The notes below the pieces were generated by a model that saw only the letters and a program-made list of their open reading frames with translations, was not told the DNA's origin and searched no databases. The position numbers and the translations under genes are program-made. From Nitrospiria bacterium (GTDB lineage Bacteria > Nitrospirota > UBA9217), in the NCBI GenBank assembly GCA_919901555.1, contig CAKKPG010000132.1, forward strand, positions 13,957 through 77,956: DNA of 64,000 bases. The letters run 5' to 3'. The stretch's first letter is position 1; the number at the start of each line of letters is the position of its first letter. Shown here in pieces: positions 8,688-19,736 of this stretch.

Positions 8688-9710
8688 TTATCGGCGGAAC
8701 TGGGAATTGAACACCGCCTCGATATGCGCGTAACGCTCCCGCAGCCGGGCCTCTTCCTTCCCGAGCCCCAGCGACCCGGCCAGTCCGATGGCCCTGGACA
8801 GATGGCCGAGCGCATCATCCCTGTCGTCCTTGGGATAGCTCGATTCGTACATCCTGTCGTATGCCTGCTCGGCCCGTTCAGCATGCTGTCGCAGTTCGCC
8901 CACCAGGGCCAGGTCGTGATGCTCCCCGATCAGGTCGCTCTCCCGGGCGCTTCGCGGCGTGCTGATGCAGTCATGGACAAACGGTTTGTTCCCGCCGGAA
9001 GCCGCCGGGCTGATAATGGCAAAATCGTAGTTATGTTCATGCCCAGCCTCCCGGATCACACCGGCAAGCTGATGGAGAGACACCGGGATCTCGAGCCTGA
9101 GTCCATCGTCGGACAGGTCGGCAATTACCGCGTCCAGGTCAATGCCGAGCGTACCGATGAGTACCGGATACACCTCGGTCAGCCCAAGCAGGAACGCCCT
9201 GAAAAGGGGCAGATCGCTCTCCTGGTTCAGAGGTTTGTCCCTGCGCCAGCTCACGCCCTGAATCGTGGACAAGTCAAAGGCGAAACTGATCAGCACCAGT
9301 TCCCCGGACGACAATTCGTGCAGGAAGAGCCTTGCGTCTCTCTTTCCTGCCAAATCCAGCCGGAGATCCAACGACAGAGCCCGGTACGTTTTGTTAGGAT
9401 AAACAGGATCGGGTATCCCCTCTTCGTAATCGTCTATCTGATGCTGGAATTCCCTGTCCGGCGCAGCTATTTCCACTCCAGAGGGAATGTTCAGCAGCTC
9501 CCTGAGGAAACTCTGGATAAAATAGCTGCGGTTGGGGGGGCCTGGCAGAACCCGTGGCGCGGCGATTTCCGATGCTGAAGGACTGCTACGCAATGCGCTG
9601 AGGAGCTGCTCGTTCAATTCTCCTTCGTAAGAACTGCTCGACAGGAGGATGCTCGCCATATAGCAGGTTTTGTACTGGGAGGCAGGCGCCCTGTCTTCTT
9701 GTTCTTGCAT
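8688..9710 (-). CDS. Hypothetical protein (340 aa), ~110 nt downstream of the WD40-caspase gene, same strand
   Basis: Long ORF in GC-rich DNA with no recognisable motif; operon context only. Confidence 0.5.
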   Translation of the reverse strand: MQEQEDRAPASQYKTCYMASILLSSSSYEGELNEQLLSALRSSPSASEIAAPRVLPGPPNRSYFIQSFLRELLNIPSGVEIAAPDREFQHQIDDYEEGIPDPVYPNKTYRALSLDLRLDLAGKRDARLFLHELSSGELVLISFAFDLSTIQGVSWRRDKPLNQESDLPLFRAFLLGLTEVYPVLIGTLGIDLDAVIADLSDDGLRLEIPVSLHQLAGVIREAGHEHNYDFAIISPAASGGNKPFVHDCISTPRSARESDLIGEHHDLALVGELRQHAERAEQAYDRMYESSYPKDDRDDALGHLSRAIGLAGSLGLGKEEARLRERYAHIEAVFNSQFRR

Positions 9711-9819
9711 GGTTATTGTGAGCTCCCCCGATGATCCCGGATCACGATTGCAGCGAGCCCTGCTTGTTTCGCGGCAGCGTATAGTCGCTGATCTTTTTCA
9801 ATGGAGGCATCCTCCTGCG

Positions 9820-12800
9820 TTATTGCACCTTCCCGATCGGGAAGTTCGCGCCGGTCTGGATCGTCGGCGTCTGCTGACGCTTGAAGACCTCTTCGGACAG
9901 CTTCGTCACCTGCTCTTCCACGTAGTCCGCGAGGCCCAGCACGGTGATGAACCCGTCCTTCTTGATGTCCGCCTTGCCCCGGAGCCCTTCCATCAACACA
10001 TAGGTGAAGAGACCATGCCCCTTGTACCCTTCGAGCGCCTGCTGGGTGTCGGATGATGCGGAAAAGACCGCGGAGCCGATGGCCCGCTGGAGAAGCTTCA
10101 CTGCTGTTGATTCCGTGAGCCCCCTCGTCTGCTGCAAGAGCGCGATCTGGAGTTCCTTGCCGCCCTTGCCTGCATTGCAGGTGTCGAGGATCACGACCTT
10201 CTTCTGGGCGGGAATGTTCCCGATGAGCTTGGCAAGATCCTTCTGCCCCATGGCGTCTTCGCCGATGTGCCGGGAGGACAGAAGAAGGACATTGCTCGTG
10301 AGCAGGAAATACTGTTCTTCGTTGTTCACCACGTCCACCACTCCGTGGGAGGCGTCGTAGAATACAAAGAGGTCGTTGGGCTTGATCTTCAGGCGAAGCT
10401 CTTCAAAGGCCTTGGTGATGGCCTCTTTGGTCGTCGCATCTGGCGTCGTGAGTATCCGAATATCGGTTTTCTCAAACAAAGGCGCCGCGGTCTTCTTCAA
10501 GGTCTCTGCAAATGCCGCAGCATCAGGCACGGCATAGGTCAGCGATATGGACTTATTCTTGTATTCGTTGATGCCTATGACAAGGGCGTAGAGGTCCGGC
10601 TTCCGGAGAAGCGCTTTGGAGATGACGGAAATCTTCGCCGGGTTCGACTCCATGGAATTCTCTTTGTTGAAAGCGACAGCCCTGATCTCGTTCTGCCCTT
10701 CTATGAGAGGAATGGTAAAGGAGAGGAGCTTCTCATTTGCCGTTTCCCTGCCTTTTACAATCACCCCTCTCGTCTCATTCGCCACCTGGGCGCCGTTGAG
10801 ATAGATATTCACATTTCCGATCCCGCCGCCGTTATCGATGATCTTCAAGGAAACGGTGATGCTGTCCTTGTCAATAATTTCTCCTGCAACGGGTGATACG
10901 ATCCAGACCGCGGGGGCCGGCTTTTTGACCAGGATATCGCCGAAGGTCTCGCCTTTAGGAACTTCCTTGCCGGCCAGGGCCAGTTGAACAAGCTCGGGGC
11001 GGTAGAACCTGGCATAGAACTGGTCTATGCTGTAGACATTATTGCCGATCCTTACGTTAAGGTTTTTTGCGCCGTTGGGAGAGGCATTGAAGTAGCCTTC
11101 CGGGGTAATGACGATCCATTCTCCATCGTCAAATGTAATCATCCGACAAAGTTCACTGCCCGTTGCCGCGTTCCAGATGATGCTTGCCCCTCCCCCGCCC
11201 GTAAGCGCATATCTGCCGTCAGGGCCGTAGGCTACTGAGAGGACGAAATCCGCACTCCCCTTGACCTTAAGTGTCCTGATCACCTTTCCCGTTGAGATGT
11301 CCCAAATCCTGGCAGTACCATCAAAACTCCCGGAAAACACATGCCTGCCGTCAGGGCTGAAAGATACGGATCGCACGATTCCGGCATGCCCCTTGAACGT
11401 CCGCACCTCTTTGCCCGAAGACACGTCCCAGAGCTTAAGGGTATTGTCGCCGCTTCCCGACAGCACAAAGCGGCCATCGGGGCTGAAGGCCGCGGAGTAA
11501 ACACCATCTGAATGACCCTGAAACGTCCTTATCTCCCTGCCCGTGGACACGTCCCAAAGCTTAAGGGTTTTATCATGACTTCCGGACAGTGCAAAGCGGC
11601 CATCGGGGCTGAAGACCGCAGATGAGATATGATTTGAGTGCCCCTTGAGTGTTTTCACCTCATTCCCGGTGGAAACATCCCAAAGCTTCAGAGTAGGATC
11701 ATCAAGCCGACCACCGGTCAGCACATATTTACCGTCAGGGCTGAAGGCGACTGCTTCGACATAGCTTTTAAGCCCAAGAAAAATCCGTGTCTCCTCGCCG
11801 GTAGAGATGTCCCAAATCTTGGGAGCTAAACTGCTTGCAGACAGCGCGTACCTGCCGTCGGGGCTGAAGTATGCAGAGAGCATCGCCTCATATCTGTGCC
11901 CAGTAATTGAATACTTATATCCTTTAAGCTTTCGCACTTCTTTGCCGGCTACTATGTCCCAAAGCACTATCTTGCTTGCATAGGTTGCGGACAGTACGTT
12001 TCTGCCGTCAGGGCTGAAGGAAACCGATGAAACGCCGCTTGCCTGTCCCCGGAACGTCCGCAGTTCCTCTCCTGTCGACAGGTCCCACAGTTTAATGGTA
12101 TGATCGAAACTCCCGGAGAGCGCATATCTGCCGTCAGGGCTGAAAGAAACTGATGAAATCCCGTTCTCATGCCCCTTCCCCTTGAACGACTGCATCTCAT
12201 TTCCGGTAGAAACATTCCAAAGCTTCAGTAGTGGTGTATAATCATCATTCCGACCACCGATCAGCGCATATTTACCGTCGGGGCTGAAAACGACTGCGTT
12301 GACGCCGCCATGCCCAAGAAACCTCCGTGTCTCCACGCCGGCTGCAACGTCCCACAACCTGGCGGTTTTATCCTTACTCCCGGAAAGCGCAAATCTGCCG
12401 TCGGGGCTGAAAGAAACTGCCTTGACCTCATCTGAATGCCCCGAAAACGTCTTAATAGATGTTCCTGTACGCACGTCCCACAGCTTGATGGTTTTATCAC
12501 TGCTTCCCGTCAGCGCGAATTTACCGTCGGGGCTGAACGTTACGGCTGTAACATCATTTATATGCCCTTTCAGTGTTCTTACCAGCATCCCCGTTGAAAC
12601 ATTCCACAGCCTGACGGTAGTGTCCCAGCTTCCCGACAGCGCGAATTTGCCGTCGGGGCTGAAGGATACGGATATGACCGAGTCGACATGTCCGCCGAGT
12701 GTCCGCACGGCTCTGCCGTTTGACACGTCCCACAGTATGAGCGTTTTATCTGAACTCCCGGAGAGCGCATATCTCCCATCGGGACTGAAGGTTGCAGAAT

Positions 12801-13110
12801 TTACCCAATCTGAGTGCCCGTGTAACGTCCGAATCTCCCTGCCCGTAGACACGTCCCAAAGCTTCAGCGTTTTGTCCCAACTCCCGGACAAGGCATACCT
12901 GCCGTCCGGACTGAAGGCTACGGAGCTGACAAATCCTGAATGCCCCATCTGCACAAAGACTTCCGGCCCCTGATTTATGCGCTCCGGGGCGGGCTTTTCA
13001 CCGGCATACGCCGTGTTTCCGGGCAGGGAAATGCAGGCCATCATTATGGCCAAGGACCATATGATAATTGCTCTCTTTTGGAATAATCGCATCGAGCGAA
13101 ACATGATCAT
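9820..13110 (-). CDS. Secreted WD40-repeat protein (~14 blades, two predicted 7-bladed propellers) with C-terminal caspase-like peptidase C14 domain
   Basis: 1096 aa; N-terminal signal peptide ([31 protein letters not shown]); ~14 repeats of FSPDGR(Y/F)[23 protein letters not shown]; C-terminal 300 aa [13 protein letters not shown]...YDASHG...[10 protein letters not shown] (caspase His/Cys dyad context). Nucleotide-level tandem repeats show up as the shadow ORF 12299..12973. Confidence 0.85.
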   Translation of the reverse strand: MIMFRSMRLFQKRAIIIWSLAIMMACISLPGNTAYAGEKPAPERINQGPEVFVQMGHSGFVSSVAFSPDGRYALSGSWDKTLKLWDVSTGREIRTLHGHSDWVNSATFSPDGRYALSGSSDKTLILWDVSNGRAVRTLGGHVDSVISVSFSPDGKFALSGSWDTTVRLWNVSTGMLVRTLKGHINDVTAVTFSPDGKFALTGSSDKTIKLWDVRTGTSIKTFSGHSDEVKAVSFSPDGRFALSGSKDKTARLWDVAAGVETRRFLGHGGVNAVVFSPDGKYALIGGRNDDYTPLLKLWNVSTGNEMQSFKGKGHENGISSVSFSPDGRYALSGSFDHTIKLWDLSTGEELRTFRGQASGVSSVSFSPDGRNVLSATYASKIVLWDIVAGKEVRKLKGYKYSITGHRYEAMLSAYFSPDGRYALSASSLAPKIWDISTGEETRIFLGLKSYVEAVAFSPDGKYVLTGGRLDDPTLKLWDVSTGNEVKTLKGHSNHISSAVFSPDGRFALSGSHDKTLKLWDVSTGREIRTFQGHSDGVYSAAFSPDGRFVLSGSGDNTLKLWDVSSGKEVRTFKGHAGIVRSVSFSPDGRHVFSGSFDGTARIWDISTGKVIRTLKVKGSADFVLSVAYGPDGRYALTGGGGASIIWNAATGSELCRMITFDDGEWIVITPEGYFNASPNGAKNLNVRIGNNVYSIDQFYARFYRPELVQLALAGKEVPKGETFGDILVKKPAPAVWIVSPVAGEIIDKDSITVSLKIIDNGGGIGNVNIYLNGAQVANETRGVIVKGRETANEKLLSFTIPLIEGQNEIRAVAFNKENSMESNPAKISVISKALLRKPDLYALVIGINEYKNKSISLTYAVPDAAAFAETLKKTAAPLFEKTDIRILTTPDATTKEAITKAFEELRLKIKPNDLFVFYDASHGVVDVVNNEEQYFLLTSNVLLLSSRHIGEDAMGQKDLAKLIGNIPAQKKVVILDTCNAGKGGKELQIALLQQTRGLTESTAVKLLQRAIGSAVFSASSDTQQALEGYKGHGLFTYVLMEGLRGKADIKKDGFITVLGLADYVEEQVTKLSEEVFKRQQTPTIQTGANFPIGKVQ

Positions 13111-13974
13111 CTCCCGGTTTTCACAACCACCTTGTCCTCAAAGAACTCCGAGGCTGCTGCGGAGGCGTTCTTGCTGTCCGTCTTTTCCGCCAGCTTGATC
13201 CCTCTCGTCTTCATCCCAATGTCGCGCGTCTGTGTCTTCACCTGATATACCCCGCCCTGGGCTTCGGTGCTGATCTCTCCAAGAGGCGATGAGCTCGCAT
13301 ACACGATGACGTTTTCTTCACCAAAGGGCGGGCTTACTTCCAGATCGAACTTGTCGTTCCCTGCAGGGATCTCGTAGACCGACCCGCCGTTGAAATAATT
13401 CTCCGCGCGATACGGATTGGGCAAAAGCTGGAGCGTCTCACCGCTCGCATCCTTATACAGAACACGGGCATAAAAGGGCTTGTTTCCCCTGATGTAGACC
13501 TTGATCTTCTCTCCGGTCTTATATTCCTTCTTGTCCGTCCAGGCCTTGACCTTTAAGGGGGCTGACGGGTCGTCGCTGAACCGGGTGTCCCTTGACAGGG
13601 TCTCCATTGCCTTTACATCGGGGATGATCTCCGCCTTGATCTTTATCTTGCAGCAATCGCCTGATGAGGGGTCCTTGTACCAGGACTTATCCAGCTCCTG
13701 GATGATCTTCACCTCTGCGTTTGCATATGCTGAAAGAAGGTCCTTCTCAAGCTCGAAGTTCTTGACGTGCGTTTCGCTTTTGATGTAGGTCGACGCGAAC
13801 TCGACGGCCCTTTTCTTGGCGTCGGCAAGGGCCGCCTGCTCGGTCTGCTTCCTGGACTTGTCATCCCCCATGCATGCATTACCGTCGGCTTCGGTGATGG
13901 TGGATTGCGCGGCATAGGCTGGCGTAAAGAGAACCAGAAACATGAGCACGATCAACGGAATAGGGGATTTCATA
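13107..13974 (-). CDS. Secreted/lipoprotein with DUF4384-like C-terminal domain (a domain family usually fused to or adjacent to bacterial caspases); 4-nt ATGA overlap with the WD40-caspase gene
   Basis: Signal peptide [21 protein letters not shown] preceded by GGAGG; C-terminal [42 protein letters not shown] resembles DUF4384. Start chosen at the internal ATG with SD rather than the ORF-track start at 14042. Confidence 0.6.
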
Positions 13975-14325
13975 CAGGACCTCCTCAAGAGTATGGCCGT
14001 ATTGTCAAGAATTAACCACAGAGCACACAGAGAAATCATCAAAACTCAAAATGTTGAAGGCTCTTTACCGGCCTCCCCCTCTGTGTCCTCTTACTACAGC
14101 ATTTATTTCGTTTTCTGCATTCTTCACATTTCCAAAAAAGGTCTTATTATCATGTCGGTTGAGAACACTGAGCACACCTCCGTGCTCTCTGTGGTTTCAT
14201 GCTGTGCCTCTCTTTTTTCATGAAACTTTTGACACTACCAGTATGGTGCTCATGGTGTTCTCGTAGAGCGCGCGAGCTGTAGTGAGACAAGTATTACAGA
14301 AGGGTCTGTTGGACGTCAAGGGAAG

Positions 14326-14540
14326 ATTCGCTGGGGGCGCATGGGGCATGGAGCATAGGGCATGGGGCATGGGGCATAGAGTAGATTCTCTTCCCTCTTC
14401 ACTCTTCACTCTTCCCTCTTCCCTCTTCCCTCTTACCTCTTCCCTCTGCTCTCTTCCCTCTGCTCTCTTCCCTCTGCGCTCTGCGCTCTTCCCTCTTCCC
14501 TCTTCCCTCTTCCCTCTTCCCTCTTCCCTCTGCGCTTTTC
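14326..14540. repeat. Compound simple-sequence repeat: (GCATGGGG/GCATAGGG)x~5 followed by (CTCTTCC)n with CTCTGCG/CTCTGCT variants, ~30 units
   Basis: gcatggggcatggagcatagggcatggggcatggggcatagag ... ctcttccctcttccctcttccctcttacctcttccctctgctc... read directly. Lies between the aroG 3' end and the promoter region of the DUF4384/WD40-caspase operon. Confidence 0.85.
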
Positions 14541-15568
14541 TAAACCATCCCCGCCAAATCCCGAATAAGCTTCTCCGAGTCCTTCCACCCCAGGCAGGGG
14601 TCGGTGATGGACTTGCCGTATACGTTCTCCGTCACCTTCTGCGCCCCTTCCTCGATAAAGCTCTCGATCATGAATCCCCTGATCATGTCCTTGAGCAGGG
14701 CGGAATGCCGGCGGCTCTGCATCACTTCCATGGCGATACGGGGCTGTTCGGCGAACTTCTTGTCGGAGTTGGCGTGGTTCGTGTCAACGATGATGGTGGG
14801 GTTGGCCAGACACCGCTTCTTGTATGCCTCGGCAAACCAGATGAGATCTTCATAATGATAGTTCGGGACCGTCACGCCGTGCGGATCAACGGCGCCCCGC
14901 AGCACCGCGTGGGTGAGGGGGTTGCCGGCGGTCTTCACTTCCCACCGGTTGTAGCTGAAGGTATGGGGCGCCTGGGAGGCCTGGATGGAATTGAGCGTCA
15001 CTTCCCTGTCGCCCGAGGTCGGATTTTTCATGCCCACGGGAATGTCCAGTCCGCTGCACGTGAGGCGATGGGCCTGGTTCTCCACGGAGCGGGCGCCCAC
15101 GGCCACGTAGCTCAGCACGTCCTCGAGATAGGGATAGTTCCCGGGGTAGAGCATCTCGTCGGCCGCGGGAAGGTATGATTCCTTGAGCGCGCGGATGTGC
15201 ATTTTCCTGATGGCCTTGAGGCCCTCGACGATGTTCGGCTCTTCCTGGGGATTGGGCTGATGGGCCATGCCCTTGTACCCGATGCCCGTGGTGCGCGGCT
15301 TGTTGGTGTAGATGCGCGGGATGATGATGATCGTGTCCTTTACCTCCGCCTGGACCTTCGCCAGCCGGGAAATATAGTCGCACACGGCGTCTTCGTCATG
15401 GGCCGAGCAGGGCCCGATGACGAGCAGGAACTTTCCGCTCTCGCGGGTAAACACGCCCTTGATGTCAAGATCGCGCTTTTTCTTGATCTCGACCAGGTCC
15501 TGGGAAAGCGGCATGGCCCCAAGGATTTCCTTGGGTTTCGGGATCTCCCGGATATATTCAAAGCTCAT
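14540..15568 (-). CDS. aroG: 3-deoxy-7-phosphoheptulonate (DAHP) synthase, class I-alpha
   Basis: 342 aa; VIGPCSAHDEDA, PRTTGIGYKGM, GARSVENQAHRL, TNHANSDK align motif-for-motif with E. coli AroG. Confidence 0.9.
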   Translation of the reverse strand: MSFEYIREIPKPKEILGAMPLSQDLVEIKKKRDLDIKGVFTRESGKFLLVIGPCSAHDEDAVCDYISRLAKVQAEVKDTIIIIPRIYTNKPRTTGIGYKGMAHQPNPQEEPNIVEGLKAIRKMHIRALKESYLPAADEMLYPGNYPYLEDVLSYVAVGARSVENQAHRLTCSGLDIPVGMKNPTSGDREVTLNSIQASQAPHTFSYNRWEVKTAGNPLTHAVLRGAVDPHGVTVPNYHYEDLIWFAEAYKKRCLANPTIIVDTNHANSDKKFAEQPRIAMEVMQSRRHSALLKDMIRGFMIESFIEEGAQKVTENVYGKSITDPCLGWKDSEKLIRDLAGMV

Positions 15569-15829
15569 AGGTTTTTGAAGCCTCCTTCACGCTGCATGGT
15601 TGTGCTCGAGAGTGGTATGCAGTATAAAATCCAAGGGAGCGCAAGTCAAGCCCAAAAGCGGGAGCGGGAGAAGTGAAAGCGCTGTCGGACACCAAGGGCT
15701 CTTCCCCTTGCGGGGCAAATCTCGGCACGCCCTGCGCAACGGTGAACAGGATGCCTGTCGGCATATCGGCGGATTTCCGCCAAAAAATCACTGGTTTTTT
15801 TTCCGGTAATATTGTATAAAGGTCGTGCC

Positions 15830-16729
15830 ATGGCCAAAAGAAAATCAAAGAAGGGCAGCCGGTATGACCAATGGATCGCCGCGGGGATCGTCATAACCCT
15901 GGCGGCCATCGTGCTCTATCTGTGGGGGCCGCTGCACACCTTCAAGGGGGCCAGGGAGGAAAAACGTCAGCCGGAGATAAAGAAGCTGGTGCCGCCTCCG
16001 AAACGCAGGCTTGCCCAGGAGCGGAAAGAGGCTGAGAAGCACAAACCCGCGGGCGCGGAAAAGGCCGCCGTCATCGCCGTGGTGATCGACGACCTGGGCC
16101 AGGATCTGATGCCTGCCCGCGAACTCCTCGCGCTGCCCTACAAGATCACCCTTGCCGTCATGCCCGGACTGCCCCAGTCGAAAAAGATCGCCGAGCTGGC
16201 AAAGCAGAGCGATCGCGAGGTCCTGCTCCACCTGCCCATGGAGCCGAAAAACCGGAACGGTAAGCGCGAGGCCTTCGGCACGCTGCGCTCGGACATGACG
16301 CCCATGGAATTCATGGCCGCCATCAGCGCGGACATTGATGCCGTGCCCGGCGCCGCGGGGGTGAACAACCACGAAGGCTCGGCATTGACCGAAAACAGCG
16401 AGGCCATGAAGTTCCTCATGGCGGAGCTGAAGGCACGCGGCCTCTTCTTCCTCGACAGCCTCACCAATCCCCGGAGCATTGCCTATTCCACGGCAAAGGA
16501 CTTCGGGCTGAAAGCCGCAAAGCGGGATGTCTTCATCGACAATGAGAGCAACAGTCCCGCCGCCATAGGGGCCCAGCTCGACGAGCTCGCGCGCATTGCC
16601 AGGAAACGCGGCTCAGCCATCGGGATAGGGCACCCTCACCCGGCCACCATGAGCGAGCTGAAGAAATGGCTCGCAACGCTCGACGAACAGGGGATCGAGA
16701 TCGTCCCGGTGTCACGGCTGGTGAAATAA
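15830..16729 (+). CDS. Divergent polysaccharide deacetylase family protein (YibQ-like) with N-terminal TM anchor
   Basis: MAKRKSKK..TM..; HLPMEP...NNHEGS...GIGHPHP motif pattern of divergent polysaccharide deacetylases; first ATG at 15830 (ORF track starts at a TTG 18 nt earlier). Confidence 0.7.
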   Translation: MAKRKSKKGSRYDQWIAAGIVITLAAIVLYLWGPLHTFKGAREEKRQPEIKKLVPPPKRRLAQERKEAEKHKPAGAEKAAVIAVVIDDLGQDLMPARELLALPYKITLAVMPGLPQSKKIAELAKQSDREVLLHLPMEPKNRNGKREAFGTLRSDMTPMEFMAAISADIDAVPGAAGVNNHEGSALTENSEAMKFLMAELKARGLFFLDSLTNPRSIAYSTAKDFGLKAAKRDVFIDNESNSPAAIGAQLDELARIARKRGSAIGIGHPHPATMSELKKWLATLDEQGIEIVPVSRLVK

Positions 16730-16832
16730 GACCGGGAGGAGTAAGGGGTTAGGCGTAAGGGGAAAATCGAGGTCCCACGCTCTTCGTTGTCCACGCCCCT
16801 CACGATTCACTCCTCCCGCCTCTCGAAAAAAA

Positions 16833-17837
<1,005 letters not shown>

Positions 17838-18040
17838 TTCCGGGCCGTGTCCGATCGGAGAGTGAGCCTGCTAAGTCACGCCTTCAGATAATTGAAGCAA
17901 TCATGAATTACTCGTTGAAACAGGTGAACGCGCGGGTGAGAGGCGCGGGGTTTTGAGCGCCCCTCGACCCGCTGGGCAGGATCATTGTGTCGGGATTTGC
18001 CTTGCTCTGCCCGGCCTGCAAAACCGATTCAGCCCGACGG

Positions 18041-18427
18041 CTATCGCCGGTTCTGAGCGGCATCGACGCTCCAAATCCCGCCGCCCTGCGTGGAGATAAA
18101 CAGAAAAACGAAGCAGTAAAGCGCCGCAAGCTCTCCGCCGTTCTGGAACGGCAGCAGCGCCTTCGGCCCGTGCGCCATCCAATACGCGGCGGCCATCAGA
18201 CCGCTTGCGAGGAAGGCCGACCAGCGCGTGAATAACCCTATCATGACCAGCGTGCCTCCGATCAGCTCGATCGGACCGGCGATGTAGATAATGAACGCGG
18301 GGACCTCTCCGGGCATGGGGCTCGGAATGCCGAACAGCTTCTGGGCGCCGTGCCAAAGAAAAAGAAATCCAACGACGATCCGCATCAGTGCGTAACCCTG
18401 GGAACTGTAGCTCGACAATGGCTTCAT
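18041..18427 (-). CDS. DoxX-family membrane protein
   Basis: 128 aa, four hydrophobic segments, GYALMRIVVGFLFLWHGAQKLFG DoxX signature. Confidence 0.7.
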   Translation of the reverse strand: MKPLSSYSSQGYALMRIVVGFLFLWHGAQKLFGIPSPMPGEVPAFIIYIAGPIELIGGTLVMIGLFTRWSAFLASGLMAAAYWMAHGPKALLPFQNGGELAALYCFVFLFISTQGGGIWSVDAAQNRR

Positions 18428-18530
18428 GGCAACACCTCCTGTTGGATTGTGGCGGTTAAGACGTTCAACCGCTCTTTAAAAAGAGAAATGGCCAATGCAA
18501 GTCAGCCATTGTAATGGAAGCGAACCGGTT

Positions 18531-18782
18531 TCATCCGAGCGCCGCATGGCCGCGGGCGAATACATCCTCGGCATCACGCAACTCCACCGACCCCTCATCC
18601 ACCTCGCGACAGCGCTTGCGCACTTCCTCTCGCCAGGCGGAAGACAGAGTAACTTCCGGTTCTGAATCGAGGCTTTCGATGAGTTTTTCCGCCACGAAAG
18701 CACGCGCTTGCGGCGAAAGAGAAAGGACTTCTGCTATGATCGTGTCTATGGTTGTTTTCATGACAATATTATATACCGGCAA
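18531..18782 (-). CDS. Putative addiction-module antitoxin component (TIGR02574-like), apparently orphan
   Basis: 83 aa; TIDTIIAEVLSLSPQARAFVAEKLIESLDSE...LSSAWREEVRKR pattern typical of that antitoxin family; no RelE/ParE-like ORF adjacent. Confidence 0.5.
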   Translation of the reverse strand: MPVYNIVMKTTIDTIIAEVLSLSPQARAFVAEKLIESLDSEPEVTLSSAWREEVRKRCREVDEGSVELRDAEDVFARGHAALG

Positions 18783-18866
18783 TACACAGACGTCAATATG
18801 TTGAATTGAATCGCGGTGCTGAGGCGGGCGTTCTTTGCCCGGCCCTCTCGAACAACTGGCTGCGCA

Positions 18867-19712
18867 TTACTCCATCTTGCCGCCATGAAGAATTGCTCGC
18901 GCGTATTCAATGAAGCTATGTTTTCGACTTCCAACTCTTCCTTTTGTACCGATATGCGGATCGTCATAAAAATAGCCGCTGCCAATTAGCCAAAAGACCT
19001 TGTCTGCGTTGTATGCGCTTTCATTGGCATGACCGGCAAGGCGGATAATAGCTTTAAACAATTGGTAGTCGTCTGCCTTATCTTGACATAGGTTAAGAGA
19101 TAAAAAAATATCACGAAGGTGGACATCTGGTTTTGAAAAGTTGACATAACCCATTTCCTTGAGAAAATCGCATGATAATGCGAAGCCGAATCCTTCAATT
19201 TCTCGACTCAGAAGCATTGGCAGACTCGCGCGCGCTCGATCGTCTCGGTCGAAAAAGTCTACCCAACTAAAAAAATCATTGGCTGATGCAAATTGCTCAA
19301 CAAAATTGGCTGCTGATAATATCGTCTGGCAATAGTGCGGCCAAATGCTCCGTGGAGTTCTGCGAAGTTCGCCTCGTGGATGAAGTTGTTCCACAATATC
19401 GTCAAGAACTACTTCCCAATCATCGCCGTATTTGTTCAAGACACTTTTCGGTGTGAAGTTGTCTAAGACAATGGACAGTTTTCCCACACCACCTATGGCT
19501 TTACCGATAACACCGGCCTTCATGTTTGCATTTTGTGCAGATTCAAGAAACCTTTGATAGATGCCTTGCTTTGTAGTCGGCTTGGGATTAATTGTTAAGG
19601 GGTTCAAATATTTTTCGATGAGATTTGGTGTTACCCCATTTATACCAAGGCTCGGCAAATAGCTTTTTGCCAGTAGATAGGCTTGCTTATCAATTTTTGC
19701 AGTATCAGTCAT
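18867..19712 (-). CDS. Hypothetical protein in R-M islet; possible helix-hairpin-helix (HhH-GPD-like) fold
   Basis: 281 aa, ~45-50% GC; segment EIEGFGFALSCDFLKEMGYVNFSKPDVHLRDIFLSL resembles the HhH-loop plus xDxHVxR element of HhH-GPD glycosylases, but this is a weak, by-eye similarity. Confidence 0.4.
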   Translation of the reverse strand: MTDTAKIDKQAYLLAKSYLPSLGINGVTPNLIEKYLNPLTINPKPTTKQGIYQRFLESAQNANMKAGVIGKAIGGVGKLSIVLDNFTPKSVLNKYGDDWEVVLDDIVEQLHPRGELRRTPRSIWPHYCQTILSAANFVEQFASANDFFSWVDFFDRDDRARASLPMLLSREIEGFGFALSCDFLKEMGYVNFSKPDVHLRDIFLSLNLCQDKADDYQLFKAIIRLAGHANESAYNADKVFWLIGSGYFYDDPHIGTKGRVGSRKHSFIEYARAILHGGKME

Positions 19713-19736
19713 TTTTTATTATGCACCATCGATAAG

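Noticed and set aside
12299-12973. 224-aa plus-strand ORF with repeated LPSGLK motifs
   Set aside because: Periodic because it is the antisense translation of the WD40 repeat-coding DNA.
14282-15178. 298-aa plus-strand ORF starting in the SSR tract
   Set aside because: N-terminus is a translation of the CTCTTCC repeats (SLPSSLF...); the remainder is antisense to aroG.
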